Origin: Desulfatiglandales bacterium
Lineage (GTDB): Bacteria; Desulfobacterota; DSM-4660; Desulfatiglandales; HGW-15
Assembly: GCA_963667015.2 (NCBI GenBank)
Contig: CAXXJJ010000001.1
Span: 960,001 to 1,024,000, forward strand
DNA length: 64,000 nucleotides
Reading direction: 5' to 3'
The stretch's first letter is position 1. Every line of letters starts with the position of its first letter. The notes under the pieces were generated by a model. The model searched no databases, was not told the origin of the DNA, and was given only the letters and a program-made list of their open reading frames with translations. Both the position numbers and the translations under genes were made by a program. Positions 38,835 to 49,894 of the stretch are shown one piece after another.

Positions 38835-40214
38835 ATGTATTCATTAATAAATCGAAACTTAATTTGGCCATTATATTATAAACTAAAAAGCGATCAAAGA
38901 ATTCAACGAAGCAAAGAAATTGAAAAAATTCAATGGTGTTCTAAGGATGAGATTATAAGCCGGCAATTTAGTGGTTTTAAAAAAATGGTTCGATATGCAT
39001 ATGAGAATACTCCTTTTTATAAAGAACTGTATGATAAAGATAAGGTTTCACTTGAGGATATTCAAAGACCTGAAGATGCTCGTTATCTGCCCATACTGAC
39101 AAAAAAAATGCTCCAGGAAAACTTAGAAAAACTCACATCCACTGCATGTATGGAATCCCAAAGACTTCAGGATGCATCTGGTGGGTCGACCGGGAAGCCT
39201 ACAATTTTCTATATGGACAAGAATACAATACATATGCGATTCGCAGCATTTTTATTTTTTGATCAATGGACTGATTGGAAAATTGGTGAAAAAGTCGCAT
39301 ATTTTTGGGGAGCGGACCGTGATCTTGACGTTAATTTTTTTAGGAAAGTAGATAGCGATTATTTGAAAGACCTTAAAGCTCATCTGGTTGAAAAGTTTGT
39401 TTGGAGACAATACACATTAAATTCATTCTCCATCACCGAGAGCAAAATGTTTGACTTTGCTAGGAGACTTCGCAGAATAAAACCTGAATTAATTGTTGCA
39501 TATACAAATTCTGCATATCAGTTTGCAAAATATTTAAAAGAAAATAGAATAAATGACATCTCTCCCAAAGGGATTGTCTGTTCAGCTGAAACACTTACAG
39601 AGGAAAAACGGAATTTAATAGAAGAAGTTTTCAACTGTAAAGTTCTAAATCGATATGGATCTCGGGAAACTGGTTTAATAGCTTCAGAATGCAAAGCACA
39701 GGAAGGATTGCATATCAATGCATCTGATTTATTTGTTGAAATAGATAACTCGCGTGTTCCCAATAATACAGATGGATCCGGGGAAGTAATTGTTACTGAT
39801 TTAAATAATTTTGTAATGCCTATGATACGTTATAATATGGAAGACCTTGCGACCCCGGTAGATAAGATCTGTTCATGTGGCAGGGGACTGCCATTGATCG
39901 GAAAAGTAAAAGGTAGAACAAGTGATTTCATAGTGCATCCGGACGGTCGCTTAATTCATGGAGAATTTTTTTCGCATGCTTTTTATCATATTCCTGGGAT
40001 TAGTCAATTTCAGATAAAACAAAATAAATTAAATTTGATTGAAATTGTAATTGTACCAAACCAATACTATACGCTCGAGGATAAGAAAAAGATAATGCAT
40101 AATCTCCAGGAAACGATGGGGAGTGAAGTAGAAATACAGTTGAATGAGGTGAAAGAAATTCCGATGCCGCCATCTGGTAAATTTCAGTTCGCAATTAGTA
40201 ATATAGTAGAGTAA
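38835..40214 (+). CDS. CapK / phenylacetate-CoA ligase family protein
   Basis: SGGSTGKP, RYGSRE, MPMIRY, CSCGRGLP, PSGKF. Confidence 0.88.
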   Translation: MYSLINRNLIWPLYYKLKSDQRIQRSKEIEKIQWCSKDEIISRQFSGFKKMVRYAYENTPFYKELYDKDKVSLEDIQRPEDARYLPILTKKMLQENLEKLTSTACMESQRLQDASGGSTGKPTIFYMDKNTIHMRFAAFLFFDQWTDWKIGEKVAYFWGADRDLDVNFFRKVDSDYLKDLKAHLVEKFVWRQYTLNSFSITESKMFDFARRLRRIKPELIVAYTNSAYQFAKYLKENRINDISPKGIVCSAETLTEEKRNLIEEVFNCKVLNRYGSRETGLIASECKAQEGLHINASDLFVEIDNSRVPNNTDGSGEVIVTDLNNFVMPMIRYNMEDLATPVDKICSCGRGLPLIGKVKGRTSDFIVHPDGRLIHGEFFSHAFYHIPGISQFQIKQNKLNLIEIVIVPNQYYTLEDKKKIMHNLQETMGSEVEIQLNEVKEIPMPPSGKFQFAISNIVE

Positions 40215-40983
40215 AATTAAATAATTATTATAGACGTCATTTTTAAACCCATCGACATTATCGCCTGATAATCATAAAGTTCTTACAACACTGTCAGTGG
40301 CTTATTAAGAATCTCACCTATATTTATAACAATATGTGATAATCTAATTCAAATTTAAGAATTCTCAGAAAAAGTATTTATATAGGTTAAGATGTATGTA
40401 TTGTCGTTTTAGATACGCAAATAACATATCATGCTGATTCCCATAATAACAGTAACTTATTAAATTGATGTAATATTTAAATGAAATTAAGATAAATAAT
40501 TCAAAAAAGGAAGTAGATTCCTATGTAAAACGATTATCCATGATAAAAATTGAACACATAAAAATAGATTGTTTTGGTTTCCCATTTTGGGATTTGAGTA
40601 CAATTTTTTACTATCTTGATTTTTTTCATTTCAGTACGCTGTAAAATTATTACCTTAATTTTGCACGAAATCGTTCTGAAATGAATATAGGGTTCTATGA
40701 ACCTCGTTATTACTGAGTTTTGAAAGGCTTAATATTTTCCATACTTTAACCAAATAGGTAATGAAGTACAATTTTACAATTCTAAAAAGCTAGCCTGATA
40801 AGGCTTTTCAATGCCACCCGGAAAGCCAGTAAAATAGGGGCTCTTAAAACACAGTGTTTTTATGGTACGTTTAACCATTTGATAATTCGTTGAAATTTAC
40901 CCGTGCAAAAAAATTCTTGCACGGGATTTTATAAAAGTGATGCAAAATTCAGGTATTAATTAATAAGTCAGGAGAATACACTT

Positions 40984-41697
40984 ATGAACATAGATCAGTT
41001 TATTTTAAAGGTTCGAAGGCATGAAACACCATTTTATTCATTACTTTATAGATTGGCCAAAAAGATGGTATTGTTTAGTTTCCCTTGCATTCGCTCTCTT
41101 CATGGTTCTGTGTTTAAATTAATAATGTTAAAAAGGTCAATATGGTATTGGGTTTCATGCAAGTTTTTCTATGAGCCTGTTTTTAAATCTCAATGCGAAA
41201 GTGTTGGTAAAAATTTTCGATTATTAAGAAGTCTCAATCAAGCTCTCCCTTACATGGGTGGAAAGGTATTTTTAAGAATTGGGGATAATGTACGAATGAG
41301 CAGTAAAATATCTATTTCAGGTAATAAGATTTTTGATCGTCCTACATTAAAAATTGGGAATAATACTTACATTGCAGATGGCGCAAATATAGGAGTCGCA
41401 AAAGAAATAACAATTGGTGATGATTGTCTTATAGGTGATGCTATTATTTTTGATAATGATGGGCATCCTACAGATCATATTGAGAGGACACGAAATACTC
41501 CAATAAAAAAAGAAGAAGTTAAGCCCATCACTATAGGTAACCATGTATGGATAATTATTGGTGGTTCTGTTATTTGTAAAGGTGTTTCTATTGGAGATGG
41601 GGCAATTGTTGCTGGAGGTTCAGTTGTAGTAAAGGATGTTGAGCCGTATACACTTGTTGCAGGTAGTCCTGCAAAGGTAGTTAAACGTCTTAAGTAA
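40984..41697 (+). CDS. LbH acyltransferase (maltose/galactoside acetyltransferase-like)
   Basis: DNDGH, IGNHVW, VVVKDV, AGSPAK. Confidence 0.85.
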   Translation: MNIDQFILKVRRHETPFYSLLYRLAKKMVLFSFPCIRSLHGSVFKLIMLKRSIWYWVSCKFFYEPVFKSQCESVGKNFRLLRSLNQALPYMGGKVFLRIGDNVRMSSKISISGNKIFDRPTLKIGNNTYIADGANIGVAKEITIGDDCLIGDAIIFDNDGHPTDHIERTRNTPIKKEEVKPITIGNHVWIIIGGSVICKGVSIGDGAIVAGGSVVVKDVEPYTLVAGSPAKVVKRLK

Positions 41698-42372
41698 AAT
41701 AATATTAGTATTAGGTGATAAAAAATTGAAAGAGTTTGATAAATATATGGTATTAACTTATGGGTATGAAAATCGCTAATACAGAACTGATTTGATTCAT
41801 ATAATGGTTTTACTTTATTAATGATGGCGACAAAATAATACATGTATACTATTTAAAACTTAGGCATAATACAATAAAAGAACATTTTTAACATTTGTTA
41901 GAGTGGAGAAATCCTTCTCTTAGCGTTCAAAAGAAATCTTGTAAACAGAATTAAAAGTAAGAAATAAAAAAAATGAGTTTATCTCAAGTATAAAAAAGGA
42001 TAGATTCTGGTAAGTTTTTAACTATACTATATAGAATGAATGTTTCAATGATTTTGCTTTTCATATTGAAAAAAATGCAGATAAGTTTGTCCCTACAATT
42101 AATATGATATTATTTCCTAATCTTGTGACTAATTATTCAGATTAATTATGGCAAATACTGATAGGGATGTTTTTATAATTCCTTAAAGAAAAGTCTTATT
42201 CATCAAGACTCTATAGAATTCAAACCTCATTACTTACAATCTAAATAAAGAAGATTCTGACTTTAATAATTATTATACACATTTATGGTTTTTTATACTT
42301 TCAGCAAAATAATCATCGATATTTAACAATATAACTCTGTGTTAATATTTTAGATTTATTGATACCTCCATT

Positions 42373-42390
42373 TTGGCATAATCCTTGCTT
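42373..42390 (+). promoter_or_regulatory. Putative sigma-54 promoter
   Basis: ttGGcataatccttGCtt, GG-N10-GC. Confidence 0.6.
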
Positions 42391-42526
42391 TAGGTATTAT
42401 CTTGAAATGAAAAAAAGAAGTATTTAAATATCGTTTTTTTCTTTAGGCGTAAAATATAAAGCATGGAAAGTGGCAAATATTTATTATTAAGAGTATTCGT
42501 ATATCATTCATTTAGGAGGTCTAATT

Positions 42527-44230
42527 ATGATTCTTAGATATATAACCTTACTGGCATTATTTTTTTTATTACCTTGTAGTGTATGGGGTGAATCGACTAG
42601 TTATTATGTAGCGAATAATCCAGGTCCTGGAGGAGAGTGGGGTAATGGTTCTGATGCCAACAATGGACTTGCCAAGACGACACCTTTTTTAACTATTCGA
42701 AAGGCCTTAACAACTATGAAAGGAGGCGATGAATTAATAATCGCAGATGGAAGATATACCGGTGCTGATAATATAATAGATGTTTCAAATTCGAAGCAAC
42801 CGCCCGAGGGAAGTGCTAGTGCTTACACAACAATAAAGGCAGAGAATGAAGGGCAAGTAATACTTGATGGTGAGGGTGCAAGAAGGGTAATATATATAGC
42901 CGGTGATGAAACTGTAGATGGAAGCAGTGGGCTTGGTTATCCTTGCAATTATATAGAGATTAGAGGCCTGATTAGCGCTAACTCAAGCACTACTGGTATT
43001 TATGTCAGAAATGCGAAATATATTAAAATAATCAATTGTGGTATCGTTGATCCTGGCGATGGTAATCAGTCGGGATTAAATTTAGCCTATAGCTCATACG
43101 GTCTAGTGGAAGGTTGCTATGCTTGGGGAGCTGGCCGGTATAAATTTGCGACATACCACTCAGATCATATAGTATTCAGGAATCTCGTGGCACGAATGGA
43201 TCGTGCAAATCCAAATGACCCGGTAGGCGAATATTCGGCATATCAAAGTACAAATGTTGAAATACAAAACTGTATAGCAATCGATGGGGATCAGCCTGAT
43301 TATGTCATTAATGTGACCAATTATGCAGGTAGTTTTAATGTTCCGATGACATATCCAGATACTTCAAATGATGGTCCGGTACATTTTACTAACTGCATCG
43401 GGTTAAATGTCGTTAATAGATTTGGAGGTTATGCTTGGAATGCTAATAAGCCTTCAGATGCTTATGTTACTAACAGTGTAGGCTGGGACTATACCACTCC
43501 TGATGCTAAAGATTTTATACATAGCCAAGGAAGTAGTGTTATTGAAAATTGCACATTTGGAGAAGTTAATACTAAGGAAAACAATGATGTTACTTATGCT
43601 TGGTATAATGGATGGAAGGATGGCAACAACACTACATCCGAAAACAATATTTGGTTTAATTTTAAAAATGGTGGCCTTTTTTATGATTTGGAAAGTAGCA
43701 ATTATAATAACATATATGGACTCGATGATGGATATTCTATAGATGTTAATGGTAAAGCATCAACAAATACTATTAGCTATAATCCAAAGGATAATGGCCT
43801 TAAATACATTACACGTATTGAACCTGGATCTGCACTCGCTTTGGCTGGAGAAAATGGAACCTATATCGGAGCTAATATAATTTATCAGTATGGAAAATCC
43901 GGCACTATGTGGGGCGAATATGGTTATAATAAACTTCAGGATGGTACAGATGGCCAAGAGATAATTAAACTTTGGCCTTTTCCAAATGAGGATATCATTA
44001 AAGAAAAGATGGCTGCTTACTCTTATGATGGTGGAAAATTAACCGGAAAAAGGGGATTTTGTGCCGATGGCAAACAGTTAAATGGAATAGATAATATAAC
44101 TCTTACTTCCTACATCTGGGAGTATCTAGGGAACCAGATGCCAGATGATATTTATTCAGGGGTAAGAGGAAGCTACGAAGATACTCCCCCTGTGCCGCCT
44201 GTTGTTAGGACAATAATCGAGAATAAGTAG
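42527..44230 (+). CDS. Secreted right-handed parallel beta-helix protein (polysaccharide lyase/hydrolase-like)
   Basis: Signal peptide; 'GSDANNG...PFLTIRKAL...GGDELIIADGRY'; PbH1-like repeats. Confidence 0.72.
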   Translation: MILRYITLLALFFLLPCSVWGESTSYYVANNPGPGGEWGNGSDANNGLAKTTPFLTIRKALTTMKGGDELIIADGRYTGADNIIDVSNSKQPPEGSASAYTTIKAENEGQVILDGEGARRVIYIAGDETVDGSSGLGYPCNYIEIRGLISANSSTTGIYVRNAKYIKIINCGIVDPGDGNQSGLNLAYSSYGLVEGCYAWGAGRYKFATYHSDHIVFRNLVARMDRANPNDPVGEYSAYQSTNVEIQNCIAIDGDQPDYVINVTNYAGSFNVPMTYPDTSNDGPVHFTNCIGLNVVNRFGGYAWNANKPSDAYVTNSVGWDYTTPDAKDFIHSQGSSVIENCTFGEVNTKENNDVTYAWYNGWKDGNNTTSENNIWFNFKNGGLFYDLESSNYNNIYGLDDGYSIDVNGKASTNTISYNPKDNGLKYITRIEPGSALALAGENGTYIGANIIYQYGKSGTMWGEYGYNKLQDGTDGQEIIKLWPFPNEDIIKEKMAAYSYDGGKLTGKRGFCADGKQLNGIDNITLTSYIWEYLGNQMPDDIYSGVRGSYEDTPPVPPVVRTIIENK

Positions 44231-44342
44231 AATGACGATTATTCCAACTATACTGATATTGAGATATGATACGATAGATAAAGAATATAAAATATTTCAA
44301 TAGTTGAAGCAAATTATCAATAAAGAATAGACCTTTATATAT

Positions 44343-44371
44343 AAAAAGGGAGGAAATTTTCCTCCTTTTTT
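44343..44371 (+). terminator. Intrinsic (bidirectional-looking) terminator
   Basis: aaaaagggaggaaa-ttttcctcctttttt. Confidence 0.7.
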
Positions 44372-44409
44372 ATTTTCGATGTAAAATTTAGATAATAAGT
44401 ATAAGTTAA

Positions 44410-44601
44410 CCCTACTTCCGCAGTTAGCGGGTTATAGATTTCCTAAGTAGTTGAAAATACTAGGTCAGAATTAAATTTGTACCACTACATTTTATTTAAA
44501 AATCTTTTTGGCAAAACCAACTTCAACCTTTGGAGTAAAATCAATTGATGCTTTGTCGGAGTTCCGACACACCTTAAGATGATCTCCTGTCCATTGCGTG
44601 T
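44410..44601 (-). pseudogene. IS1634-family remnant (terminal IR plus transposase C-terminus)
   Basis: Minus strand 44601-44485 reads TRNGQEIILRCVGTPTKHQLILLQRLKLVLP, like the C-terminus of the 58.7-60.5 kb transposase; end ccctacttccgcag resembles cccgactttcgcta. Confidence 0.72.
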
Positions 44602-44620
44602 AGAAAAGGGGGCGCTTATT

Positions 44621-45330
44621 CTGAGATCAGATATCAGAGAGCAGAGGTCAGTGAGAAGCAGGTTGAAGCGTTTTACCCTGTTAAATGCTGCTTCGCAGCC
44701 CGCTTTGCGGATTTAACAGGGTAAAGTCTAAAGGCTGATAGGTAAAGCAACAAAAATAAGAAGTCGGAGATCAGGAAATTAAGGACAGGCAAGGATTCTC
44801 AGGAATTTAAGGATTATTTTTTTAAAAAACGTGAAAAGAAGCCTAAGGTTTTTAAAGGGCTGGAGGGGGTTTATTCGTTGAAGCGGCTTTCGGAGGCAAT
44901 ATAGTTTGATTTTGCCACTGACACACTGGGCAGTTTTAAAAAAGAAAAGCGTTCTGAATGCCACTAAGGCACCACGTCTCTAAGAAAAGCAATTTGGACC
45001 TGCCTTCGCTTTAATGAGCTTCGGCAAGGCAGGCAGGATTAACAATGTAGAAATATTCTTCGAATTTCACATGGCAGGCAGGATATATATGATTTTTTTT
45101 ATCACTTCCCGGACAAAAGTGTTAAAGATCACGTTTTAAAGGCTCTATAGTCTTAATATTTCCATTCAGTTAAAAGGCGAGGCGGAATTGTATTCCTATC
45201 TGATGGAATAAAAAAATCAAAAACATTACATAGCCTAGTCAGGCAAACCCGCCTTCGTAAATACTTTTATACTTCAGTTCTCGCTAAATCTATGCCTCGA
45301 CAAAAAAGCGAGGCAGACTCAGACTTCAGA
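44621..45330 (+). repeat. Stack of repeat left arms and nested hairpin modules
   Basis: Heptamer arm, 48-nt accctgttaaat...atttaacagggt module, gccactaaggcac arm, family A half with cctgcc...ggcagg inserts. Confidence 0.8.
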
Positions 45331-45701
45331 ATTTATATAAAAATACTATTTCACACAATCATTTTGAATTGTAAACTTTCAATATAGGAAAATATGAAAA
45401 ATTAATATTTCAGATTTTAAGGGGAACGAGTGACGCAAATATTCTTTTCACTGATTTAGTAAACTTGCTGAAGCATTTTGGCTTTGAGATGCGAGTTTAA
45501 GTAAGTCATCATATTTTCAGAAAATTCGACGTTGAGTATAGTAAAATGGGAACAGGCAAATAATACTTTACTAATAAAGAATCCACCCCCAGAAGGGGTG
45601 GTTTTCCAGATTAAAATAAATAGAAAAAATAAATGAAGATTCCAGGACAGTGTGGTTATTCAGCATAATTTTACTCGAAAAACAGCACTAAAAGTGCCAC
45701 A

Positions 45702-46592
45702 TCACATTCTTCCTAAACGGCGTTTGATCTTCATTTTTATCCGACTAAGAAAATAAACACATTTTCGGTTTAGAACCCTAATCCTTATCAAATCCCATTT
45801 TCTTGAAGGAGCTACAGTTCTGAAGCCAATACCAACGCTGGCGCGCCATAGACTATTTGAATGCCGGCAAGTTGACCTTAGTGCCTCTAGAGGGAATACA
45901 TGTGAGCCACCTCTAAAAACTGAAGCATCAGATAATGATAGTGGACCACCTACATCACAGGCAGAGGCCTTTTTATAGTAATTCTTGTCCATAGCATCAA
46001 CGCACCAATCCCAGGCATTACCAGCTAGGTCCATAATGCCATAAAATGAGGCACCTTCTGGAAAAGAGCCAACCGGAGCAGTACCTTTCAGAGAATCATC
46101 ATTATATCTGGCACGGATACTTCCACCAGAAGTTGGGGCTTCATTTCCCCATGGGTATTGACGACCATCCGTTCCTCTGGCGGCCTTTTCCCATTCTGCC
46201 TCAGTTGGAAGTCGAAAATATCTTCTTTCTTTTTTAGACCGCCAGGAACAGTATGCTAATGCGTCTCTTATTGTTACTAAAACAACCGGATGGTCATCTT
46301 TACCTTCAATTGTAGATTGAGGTCCATAAGGATGACGCCAATTAGCTCCTTTCACCCATTGGAATTTACAATTTACAATAGTGTCCCCTTCACCATCAAT
46401 TTCTGCAGTTGTAAGAAAATTTGCTTCATTGCAGAACTCGCCAAACTTTTTATTTGTTACCATGTATTTATCAATATAAAAATCATTTACAAACACTTTG
46501 TGGCATGGCTTTTCACTATTATTTGAATTATAATCGTTAGAGCCCATTTCGAAATTCCCTTTTTTAATCAGAATCATTTCGTTATCAAGCAT
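45702..46592 (-). CDS. Formylglycine-generating enzyme (SUMF1/FGE-sulfatase) domain protein
   Basis: FEMGS, HPVVLV, RLPTEAEWEKAARG, DLAGNAWDW, RGGS, GFR. Confidence 0.9.
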   Translation of the reverse strand: MLDNEMILIKKGNFEMGSNDYNSNNSEKPCHKVFVNDFYIDKYMVTNKKFGEFCNEANFLTTAEIDGEGDTIVNCKFQWVKGANWRHPYGPQSTIEGKDDHPVVLVTIRDALAYCSWRSKKERRYFRLPTEAEWEKAARGTDGRQYPWGNEAPTSGGSIRARYNDDSLKGTAPVGSFPEGASFYGIMDLAGNAWDWCVDAMDKNYYKKASACDVGGPLSLSDASVFRGGSHVFPLEALRSTCRHSNSLWRASVGIGFRTVAPSRKWDLIRIRVLNRKCVYFLSRIKMKIKRRLGRM

Positions 46593-46872
46593 TTTGATCT
46601 CCTGTCAATTGGATATTTGATGAAAGAGTAATCGATCCAGTAATTAGAATTTACCGATTCTGCAGCTTAAGTACTTTCTGCTCTTTAAAATCATATTTTA
46701 CACTAAAAGAAAAGCTGCAAAGAGGTTGTGAAAGGTGGCGAGTCAAATTATTTTTCATGAGTCTCTAATTCATTGAATTCTGATCGAAACCTGATTTTAG
46801 TAAAGGGTCAGTGAAGGGGGCCCATGAAATAATAACTTGATAGATTTATTCTTATGATGTTAGTTTTCCGGT

Positions 46873-47871
46873 ATGCCACGCCAAGCTAGAATAGATGCTC
46901 CGGGAGCCCTGCTTCATATAATGGTGAGGGGGATTGAGCGTCGAAATATATTCAGGGATAATAAAGACAGAGATAACTTTGTTGAACGTCTTGGCACTAT
47001 TATTAAAGAGACTTCCACGTTCTGTTATGCCTGGTCTTTACTTTCCAATCACATTCATCTTCTCCTGAAAACCGGTGATTATCCAATAGCTACTGTCATG
47101 CGAAGACTTTTAACCGGTTATGCTGTTACCTTTAACCGTCGTTATAAGCGGCATGGACATCTATTCCAAAACAGATATAAATCGATTCTTTGCCAGGAAG
47201 ATGTATACTTTATTGAACTTGTCCGATATATTCATCTCAATCCATTAAGGGCAGACCTTGTTAAAGATTATGAAGGTCTGGAAAAGTATAAATATTGCGG
47301 GCATGGTGTTATTCTCGGTTCTAAAAGTAATGGCTGGCAAAATATTGACTATGTGCTCGGATACTTTGGCAGTGAAAGAAAATCGGCACAAAATCAATAT
47401 AAAAAATATGTTTATGAAGGGATAGAAAAAGGGCACCGCCCCGAACTTGTTGGCGGAGGCCTTATAAGGAGCGCAGGAGGATGGACCGAGGCAAGAAAGC
47501 CCGGGAAAGGTGAAAGAGGAAAAGGAGATGAACGTATTCTTGGTGACAGTCAATTTGTTTTGGATACTCTTCAGGTTGCACAGGAGAAATTTAAAAGAGG
47601 ATATGAATTAAAATCCCGAGGGTATGATATCCATGTTTTAGGAGAACGTGTTGGAGAGATTTTTAATATAGATCCTTCAGAATTGTATTCTTCCGGTAAA
47701 TATAAAAGAATTATTAAGCCGAGAAGCGTGTTCTGTTTTTGGGCGGTTCGTGAACTGGGTGAAACTGCGACGTCTCTAGCAAAGAGAATAGGCCTCACAC
47801 AACCTGGGATAAGTAAATCAGTGTTAAGAGGAGAGAAGATAGTTAAAGATATGAATCTTAAGCTGGTTTAA
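46873..47871 (+). mobile_element. Y1 HUH transposase, RAYT-like, with C-terminal HTH; copy 1
   Basis: MPRQARID, HIMVRG, NHIHLL (HUH), GHLFQNRY, YIHLNP. Confidence 0.88.
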
Positions 47872-48078
47872 TAATAGGAAAAATAGGAAACAAAAAGCTC
47901 TGTCTACTACTGGGGCTACACTGTGACAAGGAAAGTTGAACCGCTCCTATGAAACATATTGCGAACAGGAAAGGCAGAGGACGTTATTTTTGCTTGTATT
48001 ATGGTAAAGGAGGATAAATTAATTGTAGCAATACATTATATATGTTAGTATTTTATAAATAATTCAGGAGTAAAAAAA

Positions 48079-48321
48079 GTGCCTCAGAAAATCTCAAGTC
48101 CAGATTCAGAAAAGCAAGATGATATATATAAATTGCTGGATAGTGTAGTAAAGACCGGAGTGCCTGTAGAATTTAAGAGAAAAGGCAAACGTCTGGTTAT
48201 AGGTCCTGCCGAAAAGAAAAGAAATTTGGATAAACTGGAGAGTCATCCTGAATTTATAAAGGGAGATCCGGATGACTTTATTCATATGGACTGGTCATCA
48301 GCATGGGAACCGGAAATATGA
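48079..48321 (+). CDS. Phd/YefM-like antitoxin
   Basis: 'DIYKLLDSVVKTGVPVEFKRKGK'; ATGA overlap with the PIN gene. Confidence 0.72.
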   Translation: MPQKISSPDSEKQDDIYKLLDSVVKTGVPVEFKRKGKRLVIGPAEKKRNLDKLESHPEFIKGDPDDFIHMDWSSAWEPEI

Positions 48322-48695
48322 TTTATCTGGATACTCATGTTGTTTTATGGCTTTATCTAAGAAAAGGTGATGGATTAAGCCCGAAGGCCAGGTATTTAAT
48401 AGAACATGAGCCTGAGATATTTATATCTCCTATGGTACTCTTAGAGCTGGATTATCTATACGAAATAGAACGTACCACTCTTCCTTCGGAACCAGTCTAT
48501 AAATATCTTCATCAAAAAGTTGATCTTCGAATTTGCCAAAAATCTTTTCATGATGTAATTCTTTCTGCCGCACAATTGTCGTGGACACGTGATCCTTTTG
48601 ATCGAATTATCACAGCACAATCAGTAATAGGCCTGAATCAATTGATAACAAAAGATCAAAGGATAAGAGATAATTATGAGCTTGCAGTTTGGTAA
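48318..48695 (+). CDS. vapC: PIN-domain VapC toxin
   Basis: YLDTHVVLW, E, RDPFDRII, LITKD. Confidence 0.88.
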   Translation: MIYLDTHVVLWLYLRKGDGLSPKARYLIEHEPEIFISPMVLLELDYLYEIERTTLPSEPVYKYLHQKVDLRICQKSFHDVILSAAQLSWTRDPFDRIITAQSVIGLNQLITKDQRIRDNYELAVW

Positions 48696-48921
48696 ATAGA
48701 AGGAAATCGAATTGCCACTAAGCCATCAATATTCGCTTTTCATGGTGTGGGGGACAATCCTATAATCTCCTGTCAGGATAAAAAATAAAACAAGTGGTGA
48801 AAGCAACTGGAAAAGGGACAGGTAAATAATACTCTACATTAGAGTGTATAAAATATATGGAGAGGGACGCCCATGAAATAATAACTTGGCAGATTAGTTT
48901 TCATGATGGTAGTCTTCTCAT

Positions 48922-49008
48922 ATGCCACACCAAGTCAGAATAGATGCTCAGGGAGCCCTGCATCATATAATGGTGAGGGGGATTGAGCGTCGAAATATAT
49001 TCAGGGAT
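48922..49008 (+). pseudogene. 5' fragment of the RAYT-like transposase
   Basis: Near-identical to the first ~87 nt of the copies at 46873 and 49895, preceded by the same ccatgaaataataacttg leader. Confidence 0.85.
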
Positions 49009-49200
49009 CAGGATTATTAAATTGATTAATATAATGAAAATAGCTATTATTCTAATATGTTAAATTAAAAACATATTGCGATAATTTCCATGTAAATATC
49101 TGAACACTTTTTGGTATGTCATTTAAAATGTAAAAACAGCGGGAGCTGATGAATCAATTGTTGTGTAAGGAGAAATGTTAACACAATAGGAAATAATCAG

Positions 49201-49641
49201 ATGAGAATTTATCTTGATTGCTGTAGTCTGCAACGACCCTTTGATGATAAATCCCAACCGAAAATAGCTGTTGAGGCTGAGGCCGTGCTGGCTATTCTGG
49301 CATTGTGTGAATCAGGGCGTTTGAAGCTCATCTCCTCAGACGCTCTGCTATTCGAGATCGGTCGTATTCCCGATCGTAATCGTGAAGACGATGCTTTGGC
49401 AATTCTTAAAATAGCAAAAGAAACTCTTGAATTAACGACAAAAATAGAAAAATTGGCCAGAAGACTGGTAACATCAGGTCTGAAAACAATGGATGCTTTG
49501 CATTTGGCATTTGCAATTGATGCAAATGTTGATTATTTTTGCACATGTGATGATAAGTTTTTGAAAAAAGCCAAGAACTTATCAGGAAAAAATATTAAGG
49601 CGGCATCCCCCACTGAATTAGTAATGGAGTTAAGCATATGA
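49201..49641 (+). CDS. PIN-domain protein
   Basis: IYLDCCSLQRPFDD, DALHLA, FCTCDD. Confidence 0.87.
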   Translation: MRIYLDCCSLQRPFDDKSQPKIAVEAEAVLAILALCESGRLKLISSDALLFEIGRIPDRNREDDALAILKIAKETLELTTKIEKLARRLVTSGLKTMDALHLAFAIDANVDYFCTCDDKFLKKAKNLSGKNIKAASPTELVMELSI

Positions 49642-49862
49642 ATATAGAAACAAGGCCAATATCCGAAATTAACCGTCGGGCTACTCACATTTTGTTCAAA
49701 GAGATGGGAGTCGTTGAAACCATACGGTTTCTGAATCAATTCTCGGTAGGACACGGTGATTATACAAAAGAACGGGAAAATTGGCTGGGTGAAATAACCC
49801 TTGATGACGCCATTTCTCATATTAAAGCTAGAACCAGGGATAACCATGAAGTAATAACTTGA
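49638..49862 (+). CDS. Putative antitoxin
   Basis: 'LFKEMGVVETIRFLNQFSVGHGDYTKER'; ATGA-coupled to the PIN gene. Confidence 0.7.
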   Translation: MNIETRPISEINRRATHILFKEMGVVETIRFLNQFSVGHGDYTKERENWLGEITLDDAISHIKARTRDNHEVIT

Positions 49863-49894
49863 CATATATATTTATATGTTACTGGTCTTCTTTT

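Noticed and set aside
45702..46592. Diversity-generating retroelement (FGE-domain target plus Avd-like gene)
   Set aside because: There is no reverse transcriptase and no adenine-variant template repeat in the window, and the two genes are 34 kb apart.
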